A stretch of 64,000 bases of DNA from Actinomycetes bacterium. Lineage in GTDB: Bacteria; Actinomycetota; UBA4738; HRBIN12. Positions 52,476 through 62,280 of the stretch are shown here, piece by piece. The stretch lies in assembly GCA_021155985.1 (NCBI GenBank), contig JAJNBA010000002.1, forward strand, positions 1,288-65,287, in the 5' to 3' direction. A program made the position numbers and the translations under genes. Each line of letters begins with the position of its first letter. Position 1 is the first letter of the stretch. The notes beneath the pieces were generated by a model, which worked only from the letters and a program-made list of their open reading frames with translations, ran no database searches and had not been told where the DNA came from.

Positions 52476-53081
52476 GTGGCCGAGATCGCCGTGCTCGACT
52501 ACGGCAGCGGGAACCTCCACTCGGTGTCCCGTGCGCTGGCGCACGCCGGCGGGGAGCCGCTGGTAACGCGTGACGCGGCGAGGATCTCAGGCGCCGACGC
52601 CCTGGTGATCCCGGGGGTCGGGCACTTCGGGCACTGTGTCCGGGCGATCCGGACGCTCGGGCTCGACACCGCGGTGCTCGACGCGATCGGCCGCGGCACA
52701 CCGATCTTCGGTGTCTGCGTCGGGATGCAGGTGCTGCTCGAGCGCAGCGAAGAGGACCCCGAGGCGGGGCTGGGCGTCCTCGTCGGAGGATCCCGCCGAC
52801 TGCCGCCCGAGGTCAAGGTGCCGCACATCGGATGGAACGAGGTCACGTGGACGCGCCCGCACCCGTACGTCGACGGGATCGCCGACGGAACGAGGTTCTA
52901 CTTCGTCCATTCGTACGCGCCTGAGGAGAACGAGGACGCCGTGGGCCTGACCGAGCACGGGAGGCGGTTCGCGGCCGCCGCCGCTCGTGACCACGTCTTC
53001 GCGACCCAGTTCCACCCCGAGAAGTCGGGCGAGGCGGGCCTCGCGATCTACGCGAACTTCGTGAAGGCGGTCTCCCGATGA
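52476..53081 (+). CDS. hisH: imidazole glycerol phosphate synthase, glutaminase subunit
   Basis: IAVLDYGSGNLHSV...LVIPGVGHFG...GVCVGMQVL...PHIGWN...FYFVHSY...ATQFHPEKS. Confidence 0.92.
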   Translation: MAEIAVLDYGSGNLHSVSRALAHAGGEPLVTRDAARISGADALVIPGVGHFGHCVRAIRTLGLDTAVLDAIGRGTPIFGVCVGMQVLLERSEEDPEAGLGVLVGGSRRLPPEVKVPHIGWNEVTWTRPHPYVDGIADGTRFYFVHSYAPEENEDAVGLTEHGRRFAAAAARDHVFATQFHPEKSGEAGLAIYANFVKAVSR

Positions 53082-53779
53082 TCGTGATCCCCGCGATCGA
53101 CCTCCGCGGAGGGCGGGCGGTGCGCCTGCGTCGTGGCGATCCGAGCGACGAGACCGCGTACGCCGATCGGCCGGTCGAGGTGGCGGAGCGGTTCCAGGAG
53201 GAAGGTGCACGCCGACTGCACGTGATCGACCTCGACGCCGCGCTCGGGGAGGGCGATAACCGCCAGGCGATCCGGGATATCTGCCGCGCGGTCGTCGTGC
53301 CCGTCCAGGTCGGCGGGGGCATCCGTTCGCTCGAGGCGGCCGGGGCGGTGCTCGTCGACGGCGCGGCAAGGGCGATCCTGGGGACGGCGGCCGCGGCGGA
53401 CGTCACGTTCGTAGGTCGGGCGGTCGAGGAGTTCGCCGAGCGTGTGGTGGTCGCGCTCGACGTCCGCGGGGGCCACCTGATGATCGACGGCTGGCGCGAG
53501 GAAGGCCCGGAGCTCGAGCCGGCGCTCTCGGGACTGAACGACGCCGGCGCACCCCGCTACCTGGTGACCGCGATCGCGCGAGACGGCACGCTCGAGGGCC
53601 CGGATCTCACGCTCTACAAGCACGTGCTGAAGCTGACCGACCGCCCGGTGATCGCATCCGGCGGTGTCCGCAACGCCGACGACGTGTGGGCGCTCCGAGA
53701 GGTCGGCTGCGAGGCCACGGTCGCGGGGAAGGCGCTCTACGAGAAGACCTTGAAGCTGTCGCAGGTGACGAGGGGGTGA
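53078..53779 (+). CDS. hisA: ProFAR isomerase (HisA; a bifunctional PriA type is possible, as in Actinobacteria)
   Basis: [18 protein letters not shown]...........P.......F...[11 protein letters not shown]......N.......VQVGGGIRS.....IASGGV....D. ATGA overlap with hisH. Confidence 0.9.
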   Translation: MIVIPAIDLRGGRAVRLRRGDPSDETAYADRPVEVAERFQEEGARRLHVIDLDAALGEGDNRQAIRDICRAVVVPVQVGGGIRSLEAAGAVLVDGAARAILGTAAAADVTFVGRAVEEFAERVVVALDVRGGHLMIDGWREEGPELEPALSGLNDAGAPRYLVTAIARDGTLEGPDLTLYKHVLKLTDRPVIASGGVRNADDVWALREVGCEATVAGKALYEKTLKLSQVTRG

Positions 53780-53783
53780 CCCG

Positions 53784-54542
53784 ATGCTCGCGAAGCGCGT
53801 GATCCCCTGCCTCGACGTCGATGCCGGACGGGTCGTGAAGGGCGTGCGGTTCCAGGAGCTGCGCGACGCGGGCGACCCGGTCCAGCTCGCGGCGCACTAC
53901 GACCGGGCGGGCGCCGACGAGCTCGTCTTCCTCGACATCACCGCGACGCTGGAGGAGCGGAAGGCCACCCTCGACGTCGTCTCCCGCACTGCCGAGGAGG
54001 TCTTCATCCCGCTCACCGTGGGCGGGGGGGTCCGCACGGACGACGACGTGGACGCGCTCCTGCGTGCGGGGGCCGACAAGGTCAGTGTGAACACGGCAGC
54101 CGTGCGCGACCCGTCGCTCCTGTCACGGTGCGCCGACCGGTTCGGCACCCAGTGCGTCGTCGTCGCCATCGATGCGAAGCGCCGAGGCGAAGGATGGGAC
54201 GTGTTCATCGATGCCGGGCACACGCCCGCGGGGCGAGACGCGGTGGAGTGGGCGGCCGAGGCGACCGCGCAGCGCGGAGCCGGCGAGGTGCTGCTCACGT
54301 CGATGGACCGCGACGGCACGGGCGATGGCTACGACCTCGAGCTGCTGCGCGCGATCGCCGATGCGGTCGCGGTGCCGGTGGTGGCCTCGGGCGGCGCCGG
54401 GACCCCCGAGCACTTCGCGGACGCGCTCACGGAGGGGCGTGCCGACGCCGTCCTCGCCGCGTCCCGCTGGCACGACGGCGACCTGACGATCCGGGAGGTC
54501 AAGGAGCACCTCGCGTCTCGCGGGATCCCGGTGAGGCTCTAG
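53784..54542 (+). CDS. hisF: imidazole glycerol phosphate synthase, cyclase subunit
   Basis: [23 protein letters not shown]...AGDP...A..Y...[13 protein letters not shown]......PLTVGGGVR....GADKVS.NTAA....[17 protein letters not shown].....VPV.ASGGAG. Confidence 0.93.
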   Translation: MLAKRVIPCLDVDAGRVVKGVRFQELRDAGDPVQLAAHYDRAGADELVFLDITATLEERKATLDVVSRTAEEVFIPLTVGGGVRTDDDVDALLRAGADKVSVNTAAVRDPSLLSRCADRFGTQCVVVAIDAKRRGEGWDVFIDAGHTPAGRDAVEWAAEATAQRGAGEVLLTSMDRDGTGDGYDLELLRAIADAVAVPVVASGGAGTPEHFADALTEGRADAVLAASRWHDGDLTIREVKEHLASRGIPVRL

Positions 54543-54869
54543 ATGGAGCACGTCGAGCTCGACGATCTGCTCTTCGATGACGAGGGGTTGATCCCGGTGA
54601 TCGTGCAGGACGCGGACAACGGCGACGTCCTGATGTTCGCGTGGTCGAACCGCGAGGCACTCGACCGGACGATCGCGGAGGGCCGGATGGTCTATTGGAG
54701 CCGGTCGCGGCAGGAGCTCTGGCGGAAGGGCGACAGCTCCGGTCACACCCAACACTGGGAGCAGCTCCGCGCCGATTGCGACGGCGACGTGCTGCTCGCC
54801 CGCGTCCACCAGGAGGGTGCCGCATGCCACACGGGCGAGCGGTCATGCTTCCATCGCGCGATCAGCTGA
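54543..54869 (+). CDS. hisI: phosphoribosyl-AMP cyclohydrolase
   Basis: [32 protein letters not shown]...[19 protein letters not shown].........[23 protein letters not shown]. Confidence 0.9.
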   Translation: MEHVELDDLLFDDEGLIPVIVQDADNGDVLMFAWSNREALDRTIAEGRMVYWSRSRQELWRKGDSSGHTQHWEQLRADCDGDVLLARVHQEGAACHTGERSCFHRAIS

Positions 54870-55899
54870 CGAACGTCCCCGCGGGCACCTGCTGGGTGAT
54901 GCAGTGCGGTCCGCCGCCGCCGTGGGAGATCATCGCGCCCGGGACGCCGACGATCTCGCGGTCCGGGTAGGCCTTCCCGAGCAGCTCGAGCGCCGGCTCG
55001 TCCTCGGACCCGCCGCCGACCGGGACGATCACGGCGCCGTTCGCGAGGTAGTGGTTCATGTACGGGATCACGACCGGCCCGACGCCGTCGATGGTCGCCC
55101 ACGAGTTCACGGGGCCGTCGAGCACCTCGAAGGATCGACCCGTCGCATCCCTCGCAGACGTCAGCGTCGCTCGATCCTCCGCGAACCGCGGGGCGTTCGG
55201 ATCGTCGTCGTCGGCGGCGATCGCGAGCATCACCACTCCAGGCCGGACGAGCTGCGCGAGCCCGTCGATGTGCCCGTCGGTGTCGCGGTCCTCGACGAGC
55301 CCGTGCGGGAGCCAGATCACGGTGTCGACGCCGAGGAACGACCGGAGCCCGTCTTCGATCTCCTCGCGCGTCAACGACGGGTTGCGGTTGGGATCGAGAA
55401 GACACTGCTCCGTGGTCAGAAGCGTGCCCTCGCCGTCGACGAAGAACGAGCCGCCCTCGAGGACGAACGGTGCGCGGTAGCGCCGGATCCCGAAGTGTGC
55501 CGCGAGCAGCTCCGGCAACCGCGCATCCCGGTCGTAGGGCAGATATTTCTCCCCCCACGAGTTGAAGCCGAAGTGGACGAGCGCCAGCTCGCCCGCTTCG
55601 TTCCGCACGAAGATCGGACCGTTGTCCCGGAGCCACGAGTCGTCGATGGGCTGCTCGAGCGGTTCCACACCCTCGCCGCAGCGCCCTCGGACGTCACCCG
55701 CTTCACCGTCATTGCAGACCATCACGACGGGCTCGAACGCCGCGACGGCGCGGGCAGTGGCGGCCCACTCGTCCCGGGCGGCGTCGAGGTGGCCGTCCCA
55801 CAGCGACCGGTTGGTCGGCCACGACATCCAGGTGGCCTGGTGGACGTCGAACTCGGCCGGCATCGTGAACCCGTCGGACCGGGGCGTGGGGGCATCCAT
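54862..55899 (-). CDS. aguA: agmatine deiminase (PAD_porph family)
   Basis: I chose the ATG at 55899. [28 protein letters not shown]...[12 protein letters not shown]...FNSWG.KY...[20 protein letters not shown]...RNP........DGHID.........Y.N.Y..NG.VIVP.........[11 protein letters not shown]. Confidence 0.85.
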   Translation of the reverse strand: MDAPTPRSDGFTMPAEFDVHQATWMSWPTNRSLWDGHLDAARDEWAATARAVAAFEPVVMVCNDGEAGDVRGRCGEGVEPLEQPIDDSWLRDNGPIFVRNEAGELALVHFGFNSWGEKYLPYDRDARLPELLAAHFGIRRYRAPFVLEGGSFFVDGEGTLLTTEQCLLDPNRNPSLTREEIEDGLRSFLGVDTVIWLPHGLVEDRDTDGHIDGLAQLVRPGVVMLAIAADDDDPNAPRFAEDRATLTSARDATGRSFEVLDGPVNSWATIDGVGPVVIPYMNHYLANGAVIVPVGGGSEDEPALELLGKAYPDREIVGVPGAMISHGGGGPHCITQQVPAGTFVS

Positions 55900-55974
55900 G
55901 TTCGAGACCGTATCGGGTCGGGCCGGCGTCCCGCCAGCGCCACGTACACTCCGTGCGCATCTCGGGAGGTGAAC

Positions 55975-56850
55975 GTGCTCAAGCTGGTCGTCCCCAAAGG
56001 CTCCCTCGAGGAGCAGACGTTGCGGTTGTTCGAGGCCGCCGACCTCCGCGTGCGCCGAGGTTCCGACCGCGACTATCACGGCACCGTGGACGACGACCGT
56101 ATCGAACGTGTCTCGATCCTGCGGCCGCAGGAGATCCCCTTGTACGTGCAGGACGGGTTGTTCGACCTCGGCATCACGGGGCAGGACTGGATCGCGGAGA
56201 CCGAGGCCGACGTGGAGGTGGTGACCACGCTCTCCTACGCGCGCTCGGGGACGGGACACGGGACCCAGGTCGTGCTCGCCGTGCCGAACGAGCATCCCGC
56301 GAACAGCGCGAAGGAGATCCCACCGGACACGCGGATCTCGACCGAATTCCTCAAGCTCACCGAGCGCTACTTCGACGACCTCGGGACACGCGTGAAAGTC
56401 GTGTGGTCCTACGGCGCGACCGAGGCGAAGGTCCCCGAGATCGTCGACGCGATCGTCGACGTCACCGAGACGGGCCACACGCTCCGAGCGCACGGCATGA
56501 AGATCATCGAGACGCTGCTCACGTCGGAGCCGGTCCTGATCGCGAACCGCGACGCACTGGCCGATGGACAGAAGCGATCGGCGATCGAAGACATCCAGAC
56601 CCTGCTCCTGGGGGCTCTTCGGGCGGAGGGCCGCGTGCTGATCAAGCTGAACGTGAGTGAGGATCGGCTGTCGCAGGTGCTCGCGGTGGTCCCTTCGATG
56701 AAGGCCCCCACGGTCTCCCCGCTCTCGGAGGGCGGGTTCGCCATCGAGACCGTCGTCGACAAGCGGGGGGTGAACCGGCTGATCCCGGATCTGAAAGCGG
56801 CGGGGGCGACCGACATCCTGGAGCTCCCGATCTCGAAGATCGTGCCCTGA
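55975..56850 (+). CDS. hisG: ATP phosphoribosyltransferase, long form
   Basis: GTG 55975 lies 5 nt after GGGAGG. (V)LKLVVPKGSLEEQTLRLF....LRPQEIP.YVQDG.FDLGITG.DW......E.....GATEAKVP.I.DAIVD.TETG.TL and a C-terminal regulatory domain. Confidence 0.9.
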   Translation: MLKLVVPKGSLEEQTLRLFEAADLRVRRGSDRDYHGTVDDDRIERVSILRPQEIPLYVQDGLFDLGITGQDWIAETEADVEVVTTLSYARSGTGHGTQVVLAVPNEHPANSAKEIPPDTRISTEFLKLTERYFDDLGTRVKVVWSYGATEAKVPEIVDAIVDVTETGHTLRAHGMKIIETLLTSEPVLIANRDALADGQKRSAIEDIQTLLLGALRAEGRVLIKLNVSEDRLSQVLAVVPSMKAPTVSPLSEGGFAIETVVDKRGVNRLIPDLKAAGATDILELPISKIVP

Positions 56851-57001
56851 AGGCCTGGCGACGACGGGGGATGGTTGACTCCTCCGCAGCATCTGTGGAA
56901 GCATGGGTCGATGTTTGAACGGCCGTTCAATTTCGATCTCGCACCCGGTTCGCGAGTATCCGGCCTCTGAGGCGCCTGCCCGCCGAGGGCGGGCGCCCTT
57001 C

Positions 57002-57030
57002 CGACCTCTCATCGAGAGGTCGTTCTGTTT
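57002..57030 (+). terminator. intrinsic-terminator-like hairpin (9-bp perfect stem, 3-nt loop, T-rich tail) between hisG and aceA
   Basis: CGACCTCTC-ATC-GAGAGGTCG followed by TTCTGTTT. It is preceded by a second GC hairpin, GCCCGCC-GAG-GGCGGGC, at about 56977..56993. Confidence 0.4.
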
Positions 57031-57084
57031 CCGAGGCAAAGGTTCTCAGGAGCTTTCGGCTCAGTACGGAAAGGGTGAGGTGAG

Positions 57085-58374
57085 ATGGGGAAGACGGCAA
57101 CGGCGATCGCCCGCGAGGCCGAGGCGCTCGAGTGGCGGTGGGCCCGGGAGCCGCGTTGGGCCGGCGTGAAGCGCCCCTACACCCCCCAGGACGTGATCCG
57201 GCTCCGCGGATCGACGTTCCCCGAGCACACCCTCGCCCGTCGAGGGGCGGAGCGGCTCTGGGAGCTGCTGCAGACGGAGGACGTCGTCCCGGCGCTCGGG
57301 TGCATGACCGGCGGGCAAGCGGTGGAATGCGTGAAGGCGGGTCTCCGAGCGATCTACCTCTCCGGTTGGCAGGTGGCGGCTGATGCGAACCTCGCCGGGC
57401 AGACGTACCCCGACCAATCCCTTTACCCGGTGAGCTCGGTCCCCGCCGTCGTCCGGCGGATCAACAACGCGCTGCGCCGCGCGGACCAGATCGCCTGGTC
57501 GTCCGGCACGCTGGACCGAGACTGGCTCGCACCGATCGTCGCTGACGCGGAAGCCGGCTTCGGCGGGACGCTGAACGCGTTCGAGCTGATGGGCTCGATG
57601 ATCGAGGCCGGCGCGGCCGGCGTGCACTTCGAAGACCAGCTGGCGTCGGAGAAGAAGTGCGGCCACCTCGGCGGCAAGGTGCTCGTCCCCACCGAACAGT
57701 TCGAGCGGACGTTGACCGCCGCCCGGCTCGCGGCCGATGTCGCCGACACACCCACCGTGCTGATCGCGCGGACCGATGCGCTCTCGGCCGCGCTGCTCAC
57801 GTCCGACGTCGACGATCGCGACCGCCGCTTCCTGACGGGCGAACGGACCGCCGAGGGATTCTTCCGGGTGCGCGATGGGATGGAGGCGGCGGTCGCGCGT
57901 GGGCTCGCGTACGCCCCGTTCGCCGACCTGCTCTGGTGCGAGACCTCCACGCCCGATCTCGAGGAGGCACGCGTCTTCGCCGAGGCGATCCTCGATGAAT
58001 TCCCGAACCGGATGCTCGCCTACAACTGCAGTCCCTCGTTCAACTGGCAGAAGCACCTCGACGAGGAGGAGATCGGACGGTTCCGTAAGGAGCTCGCCGC
58101 GATGGGCTACCGCTTCCAATTCGTCACGCTCGCGGGGTTCCACGCTCTCAATGCCTCGATGTTCGAGCTCGCGCACGGCTACGCCGAGGAGGGGATGACC
58201 GCGTACGTCCGGCTCCAGGAACGAGAGATGGCCCTCGGAGCCGACGGGTACACGGCCACGCGACACCAACAGGAGGTCGGGACGGGCTACTTCGACCTCG
58301 TGGCGAGCGTGATCGCCGGCGGCCGGAGCGCCACCACAGCTCTCGACGGGTCCACCGAACGCGCGCAGTTCTGA
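57085..58374 (+). CDS. aceA: isocitrate lyase
   Basis: ...[14 protein letters not shown]...[10 protein letters not shown]...YPDQSLYP...EDQ....[14 protein letters not shown]...ARTDA.... Confidence 0.93.
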   Translation: MGKTATAIAREAEALEWRWAREPRWAGVKRPYTPQDVIRLRGSTFPEHTLARRGAERLWELLQTEDVVPALGCMTGGQAVECVKAGLRAIYLSGWQVAADANLAGQTYPDQSLYPVSSVPAVVRRINNALRRADQIAWSSGTLDRDWLAPIVADAEAGFGGTLNAFELMGSMIEAGAAGVHFEDQLASEKKCGHLGGKVLVPTEQFERTLTAARLAADVADTPTVLIARTDALSAALLTSDVDDRDRRFLTGERTAEGFFRVRDGMEAAVARGLAYAPFADLLWCETSTPDLEEARVFAEAILDEFPNRMLAYNCSPSFNWQKHLDEEEIGRFRKELAAMGYRFQFVTLAGFHALNASMFELAHGYAEEGMTAYVRLQEREMALGADGYTATRHQQEVGTGYFDLVASVIAGGRSATTALDGSTERAQF

Positions 58375-58436
58375 TCCGCGGCGCCGGTGACACGCGGCGC
58401 CTATCATCGACGGCCGGACCAGGAGGTGGGCGGTCG

Positions 58437-59726
58437 ATGGATCCAGCGCTCGATGTGATCGTCGTCGGTGGTGGCCTCGCCGGCCTCACCGCGGCTCGGG
58501 AGCTCGGCCGGCGCGGCCGTCACGTGCTGCTGCTGGAAGCTCGCGAGCGGCTGGGCGGCAGAACATGGGTCTCTTCCTTCGCCGGCGTCGACGTGGAGAT
58601 GGGTGGTGCGTTCGTCCACTGGAGTCAGCCGCATCTGTGGGCGGAGGTCACCCGATACGGGCTCGGCATCGTCGAGCTCCCCGAAGCCGAGCGGGCCTTC
58701 CTGCGGACGGACGACGGCATCGAGGAGATCGACCCTGACGCGTTCATCGATCTCGCTGGAGGGTTCGAGCGACTCTGTGCGGGGACGGAGGCATACCTCG
58801 CCGAACCGATGTCGATCCCCGAAGGCCCGGACGCCGTCGATGCCGACCTCGCCACCACGGCCGAACGCATCGCGGCCCTCGATCTCGATCCGCGGCGCCG
58901 AGACCTGCTGGACGCGCTGTGCGCCGCTCTGAGCTCCGCGCCGAACGACCGTGTGGGGTTCCTGACGATCGCCCGGTCGTTCGCCCTGGCCGGCTTCGTC
59001 GGAAAGATGCTCTTCGACACGAACGGCCGATGGGTGCTCGAGGGAGGCACCGCCACCCTGGTGGACGCGATACGCCGCGATCTGCGCGCCGACGTGCGCC
59101 TCGGCACACGGGTCGAGGAGATCACGCAGGACGAGACGAGCGTGACCGTCCGCACGACGGACGGAGCGCACGTCGCCCCCGCGGCGATCGTCGCCCTGCC
59201 GGTCAACGCGCTCGGCGCCGTCCGCTTCGACCCGTCGCTCTCGGAACCGAAACGCGAGGCCGCCGAGGAAGGGCTCGTGAGCCTCGGGGTCAAGGTGTGG
59301 GCCAAGCTCGCCGGAGGCATCCCGTCGATGTTCGGGGCGGCGCCGGATCGCTTCCCCTTGTCGTTCGTCGAGACGGTCGGGCCCACGCCCGACGGGGGAT
59401 CGGTCGTCTTGGGGTTCGGGCCCTCGGCGGAAGCCCTCTCCCCCGACGATCCCGAGCCGGTGGCGGGGGCCATCGAGGAACTGCTCCCGGGTGCTCGCGT
59501 GGAGGAGGTCGGCGGCCACGACTGGGTGCGCGATCCCCTCGCCGGAGAGACGTGGGCCTCGTACGGCCCCGGTCGGTCGCTCCGGTGGCTCCCCGAGCTC
59601 GAGCGCCGGGAGGGCCGCGTCGCGTTCGCCGGAGGAGACTTCGCCCGGGGCTGGGGCTCCTACATGGACGGCGCGATCGAGACCGGCCTGCGCGCCGGTC
59701 GCGAGATCGAGGCTGTCCTGTCATGA
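58437..59726 (+). CDS. flavin-containing amine oxidase family protein
   Basis: DVIVVGGGLAGLTAARELGRRGRHVLLLEARERLGGRT. C-terminal ...FAGGDFARGWGSYMDGAIETG. Confidence 0.85.
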   Translation: MDPALDVIVVGGGLAGLTAARELGRRGRHVLLLEARERLGGRTWVSSFAGVDVEMGGAFVHWSQPHLWAEVTRYGLGIVELPEAERAFLRTDDGIEEIDPDAFIDLAGGFERLCAGTEAYLAEPMSIPEGPDAVDADLATTAERIAALDLDPRRRDLLDALCAALSSAPNDRVGFLTIARSFALAGFVGKMLFDTNGRWVLEGGTATLVDAIRRDLRADVRLGTRVEEITQDETSVTVRTTDGAHVAPAAIVALPVNALGAVRFDPSLSEPKREAAEEGLVSLGVKVWAKLAGGIPSMFGAAPDRFPLSFVETVGPTPDGGSVVLGFGPSAEALSPDDPEPVAGAIEELLPGARVEEVGGHDWVRDPLAGETWASYGPGRSLRWLPELERREGRVAFAGGDFARGWGSYMDGAIETGLRAGREIEAVLS

Positions 59727-60652
59727 ACCCCGCGCGCGACGCGCTCCTGATGGCGGCGGGGAACCGATGGCTCGGAGAGCACCTGCCTCGCTACCGGTTC
59801 GTCCGCGCCACGGTGCGCCGGTTCATGCCCGGCGAGCGGATGGAGGACGCCCTCGACGCCGCGGGGCGGCTCGCGGAGGACGACATCCCGGCCACGTTCA
59901 CCTACCTGGGGGAGAACGTGCGCACGGCCGAAGACGCGGATGCGGTCCTCCGGCACTACCTGCGGCTCCTCGATCTGATCGAGGAGCGAGGCCTCGACGC
60001 CGAGGTCTCGGTGAAGCCCACGCACCTGGGGCTCGATCTCGATCCGGCCGCCACACTGGAGCGTCTGCACCGGCTCGCGGCACGGTCCGCTGCACTCGGT
60101 AAGCACCTGTTCCTCGACATGGAATCGGCGCACTACGTCGAACCGACGCTCGCGATCTACCGCCAGCTGCGGGACGAGTTCGACAACACCGGGGTGTGCA
60201 TCCAGGCGTACCTTCACCGCACCCCGCAGGACGTGGCGGACCTCCTCGCCGCCGACGGATCGATCCGTCTCGTGAAGGGTGCGTATCGGGAGCCTCGCGA
60301 CATCGCGATCCACGATCCGAAGAAGATCGGGCAGTCGTTCGAGAAGTTGGCGATCGCGTTCCTCCGGTGGGCCGGCGGCGGCCGCCTCGCCCTCGCGACG
60401 CACGACCTGGGACTGCTCGCGGAGATCGAGGGGCGCGCGGCCGCCGCCGGCTTCGGCCGGGACGCGTACGAGGTCCAGATGCTGTACGGCATCCGGACCG
60501 CGGACCAGCGTCGACTGGCCGCCGACGGCTTCCGCGTCCGCGTGCTGATCAGCTACGGCACACACTGGTTCCCGTGGTTCATGCGCCGGGTCGCCGAGCA
60601 TCCGGGGCGGAACGTCTGGCTCGCGATCCGGAACCTGTTCGCACGACGCTGA
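59723..60652 (+). CDS. proline dehydrogenase (monofunctional)
   Basis: ATGA overlap with the amine oxidase. ...SVKPTHLGLDL...FLDMESAHYVEPTL..Y........GVCIQAYL.RT..D........IRLVKGAY.EP......ATHD......QMLYG.R......G..VRV...YG..W..W..RR.AE.P. Confidence 0.85.
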   Translation: MNPARDALLMAAGNRWLGEHLPRYRFVRATVRRFMPGERMEDALDAAGRLAEDDIPATFTYLGENVRTAEDADAVLRHYLRLLDLIEERGLDAEVSVKPTHLGLDLDPAATLERLHRLAARSAALGKHLFLDMESAHYVEPTLAIYRQLRDEFDNTGVCIQAYLHRTPQDVADLLAADGSIRLVKGAYREPRDIAIHDPKKIGQSFEKLAIAFLRWAGGGRLALATHDLGLLAEIEGRAAAAGFGRDAYEVQMLYGIRTADQRRLAADGFRVRVLISYGTHWFPWFMRRVAEHPGRNVWLAIRNLFARR

Positions 60653-60667
60653 TCACGCACCTCTCGA

Positions 60668-61084
60668 TCAGAGGTCGACCGTCTCCCGATGCGAGATGAC
60701 GTGGTGGACCGGCAGGCCGAAGGAGGTCTGGACCCGGTGCACGAGATCGAGCCGCAACCATTTCGACAACCGAGGCGGCAGCGTGGAGAGCACGATCGCG
60801 TCGAACGTGTCACGCGCGAGCACGTCATCGATCGCTTGCAGCGGCCGGCCATCCCCGACCTCACCGGTCGCCTCGATCCCGACCGAGCGAAATCGCTCGA
60901 GAGCGGCCTCGAGTCGCGTACGAGCGATCAGCATGGCCTCGGACTCGGTCCAAAGGTGATCGACGGGAGGACTGGCGGGGACGAGGACATGGAACGTCGA
61001 CGGCTCCCCCGCGAGCTCCCGCAGGACGGCCAACAGGTGACCTCCGCCGAGGGTCTGGTTCGCGACCACCAGGTATCGACGCAT
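60668..61084 (-). CDS. USP-like (adenine-nucleotide alpha-hydrolase fold, inferred) small protein
   Basis: MRRYLVVANQTLGGGHLLAVLRELAGEPSTFHVLVPASP...DAIVLSTLPPRLSKWLRLDLVHRV. The assignment is by pattern only. Confidence 0.5.
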   Translation of the reverse strand: MRRYLVVANQTLGGGHLLAVLRELAGEPSTFHVLVPASPPVDHLWTESEAMLIARTRLEAALERFRSVGIEATGEVGDGRPLQAIDDVLARDTFDAIVLSTLPPRLSKWLRLDLVHRVQTSFGLPVHHVISHRETVDL

Positions 61085-61152
61085 AGGCGTTCACCTCCGA
61101 ACGCGTCTCTGGGTTCGCATCTCCACCCTACGCCGCGAGTAGCATCGCGGCG

Positions 61153-62007
61153 ATGCAACGGCTCCACGGAGCGATCGCGGCGGCGGTCACGCCGCTCACG
61201 GAGGGTGGTCGAGCGCTCGACCCCGATTCGTTCCCGCCGCTCGTGCAGTTCCTCGCAGCTGGCGGTGTCGACGGCGTCCTCGTGTGCGGCACCACCGGCG
61301 AAGGGGTCCTGCTCGCGATGGACGAACGACGGCGCGTGGCCGAAGGCTTCCTCGCCGTCCGGCCCGAGGGGTTCCAGGTGGCAGTCCACGCCGGAGCGCA
61401 GACCACACGCGACACCGTGGCGCTCGCCGCGCACGCGCTCGAGGCCGGCGCCGACGCCGTCGCCGTGATCGCGCCGCCGTACTTCCCCCTGGGAGCGCGC
61501 GAGCTCTTCGAGCATCTCCGGTCCGCTGCCGACGCCTGCGATCCGCTCCCGTTCTACGTCTACGAGTTCGCGGCCCGAAGCGGCTACGCCATCCCGGTCG
61601 ACGTCGTGCAGCAGCTCCGCCGAGAACAGGGCAACGTCGCCGGCATGAAGGTGAGCGACACGCCGTTCGATGCGATCGAGCCGTATCTGCTCGACGGGAT
61701 GGACGTGTTCGTCGGATCGGAGCCGCTCGTGCGGGCGGCGATGGAGCGTGGCGCGGTGGGTGCGGTTTCGGGGCTCGCTTCGGCGTGGCCGAACGTCGTC
61801 GCCTCCCTCGTGCACGAGCACAGCCCCGAAGCGCACCTCCGGGTGACCGAGCTGCGAGAGCGGCTCGAGGGGCTCCCGTTCCACTCGGCGTTGAAGCAGG
61901 TCCTGACCGACCGCGGCGTCCTGCTCCACGCCGACGTACGGCCACCGCTCCGCGGCCTCACCCTCGAGGAGCGCACGGCCGTATCGGCCCTTTCCGGCGC
62001 TGCTTGA
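61153..62007 (+). CDS. DapA/DHDPS-family lyase (dihydrodipicolinate synthase family protein)
   Basis: ...AAAVTPLTEGGRALDPDSFPPLVQFLAAGGVDGVLVCGTTGEGVLLAMDERRRV...AGMKVSD (Schiff-base Lys context). Confidence 0.85.
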   Translation: MQRLHGAIAAAVTPLTEGGRALDPDSFPPLVQFLAAGGVDGVLVCGTTGEGVLLAMDERRRVAEGFLAVRPEGFQVAVHAGAQTTRDTVALAAHALEAGADAVAVIAPPYFPLGARELFEHLRSAADACDPLPFYVYEFAARSGYAIPVDVVQQLRREQGNVAGMKVSDTPFDAIEPYLLDGMDVFVGSEPLVRAAMERGAVGAVSGLASAWPNVVASLVHEHSPEAHLRVTELRERLEGLPFHSALKQVLTDRGVLLHADVRPPLRGLTLEERTAVSALSGAA

Positions 62008-62280
62008 CGCCGGCCGGACGCCCTCGGTAGGTTTTGCACCTGCAATTCCGATCTCAGGGATGGGATTCGACCCGATGATCCGGACGCGAACGGCTGGGCA
62101 AGTAGCGGCGATGATCCCCGACCGCCTCTGCGGCTGTCGGGAGGGCTCCAGTGAGGCCCTCGCCGGCCTCGTATACCTCGCCCTGCCGTAACGCCGTCGA
62201 TCCGGAGCATCCACCGGCCGCCGCGAGGCGGCCCCTTCCGTTCGGCGCCCACCTCCACATCTCTCTCATGAAAGGCACCG

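Noticed and set aside
54817-55974. N-terminal 386 codons of the 677-aa track ORF that ends as hisG. Similar long N-terminal extensions occur on track ORFs 46990..49350, 33640..36276, 38658..40553, 50597..51886, 8140..9249 and 22565..23737.
   Set aside because: These extensions run antisense through neighbouring genes, or across tRNA-Leu in one case, and are compositionally non-protein-like. Internal starts with SD sequences and canonical N-termini were chosen instead.
62008-62280. Possible riboswitch (e.g. SAM-type) or tRNA-like element in the 273-bp leader of sirA, including a T-arm-like GGGATTCGACCC at ~62061-62075.
   Set aside because: I could not match any riboswitch consensus I know. 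The T-arm-like piece has only a 4-bp stem and 6-nt loop and no surrounding cloverleaf. A covariance-model scan would be needed before claiming anything.
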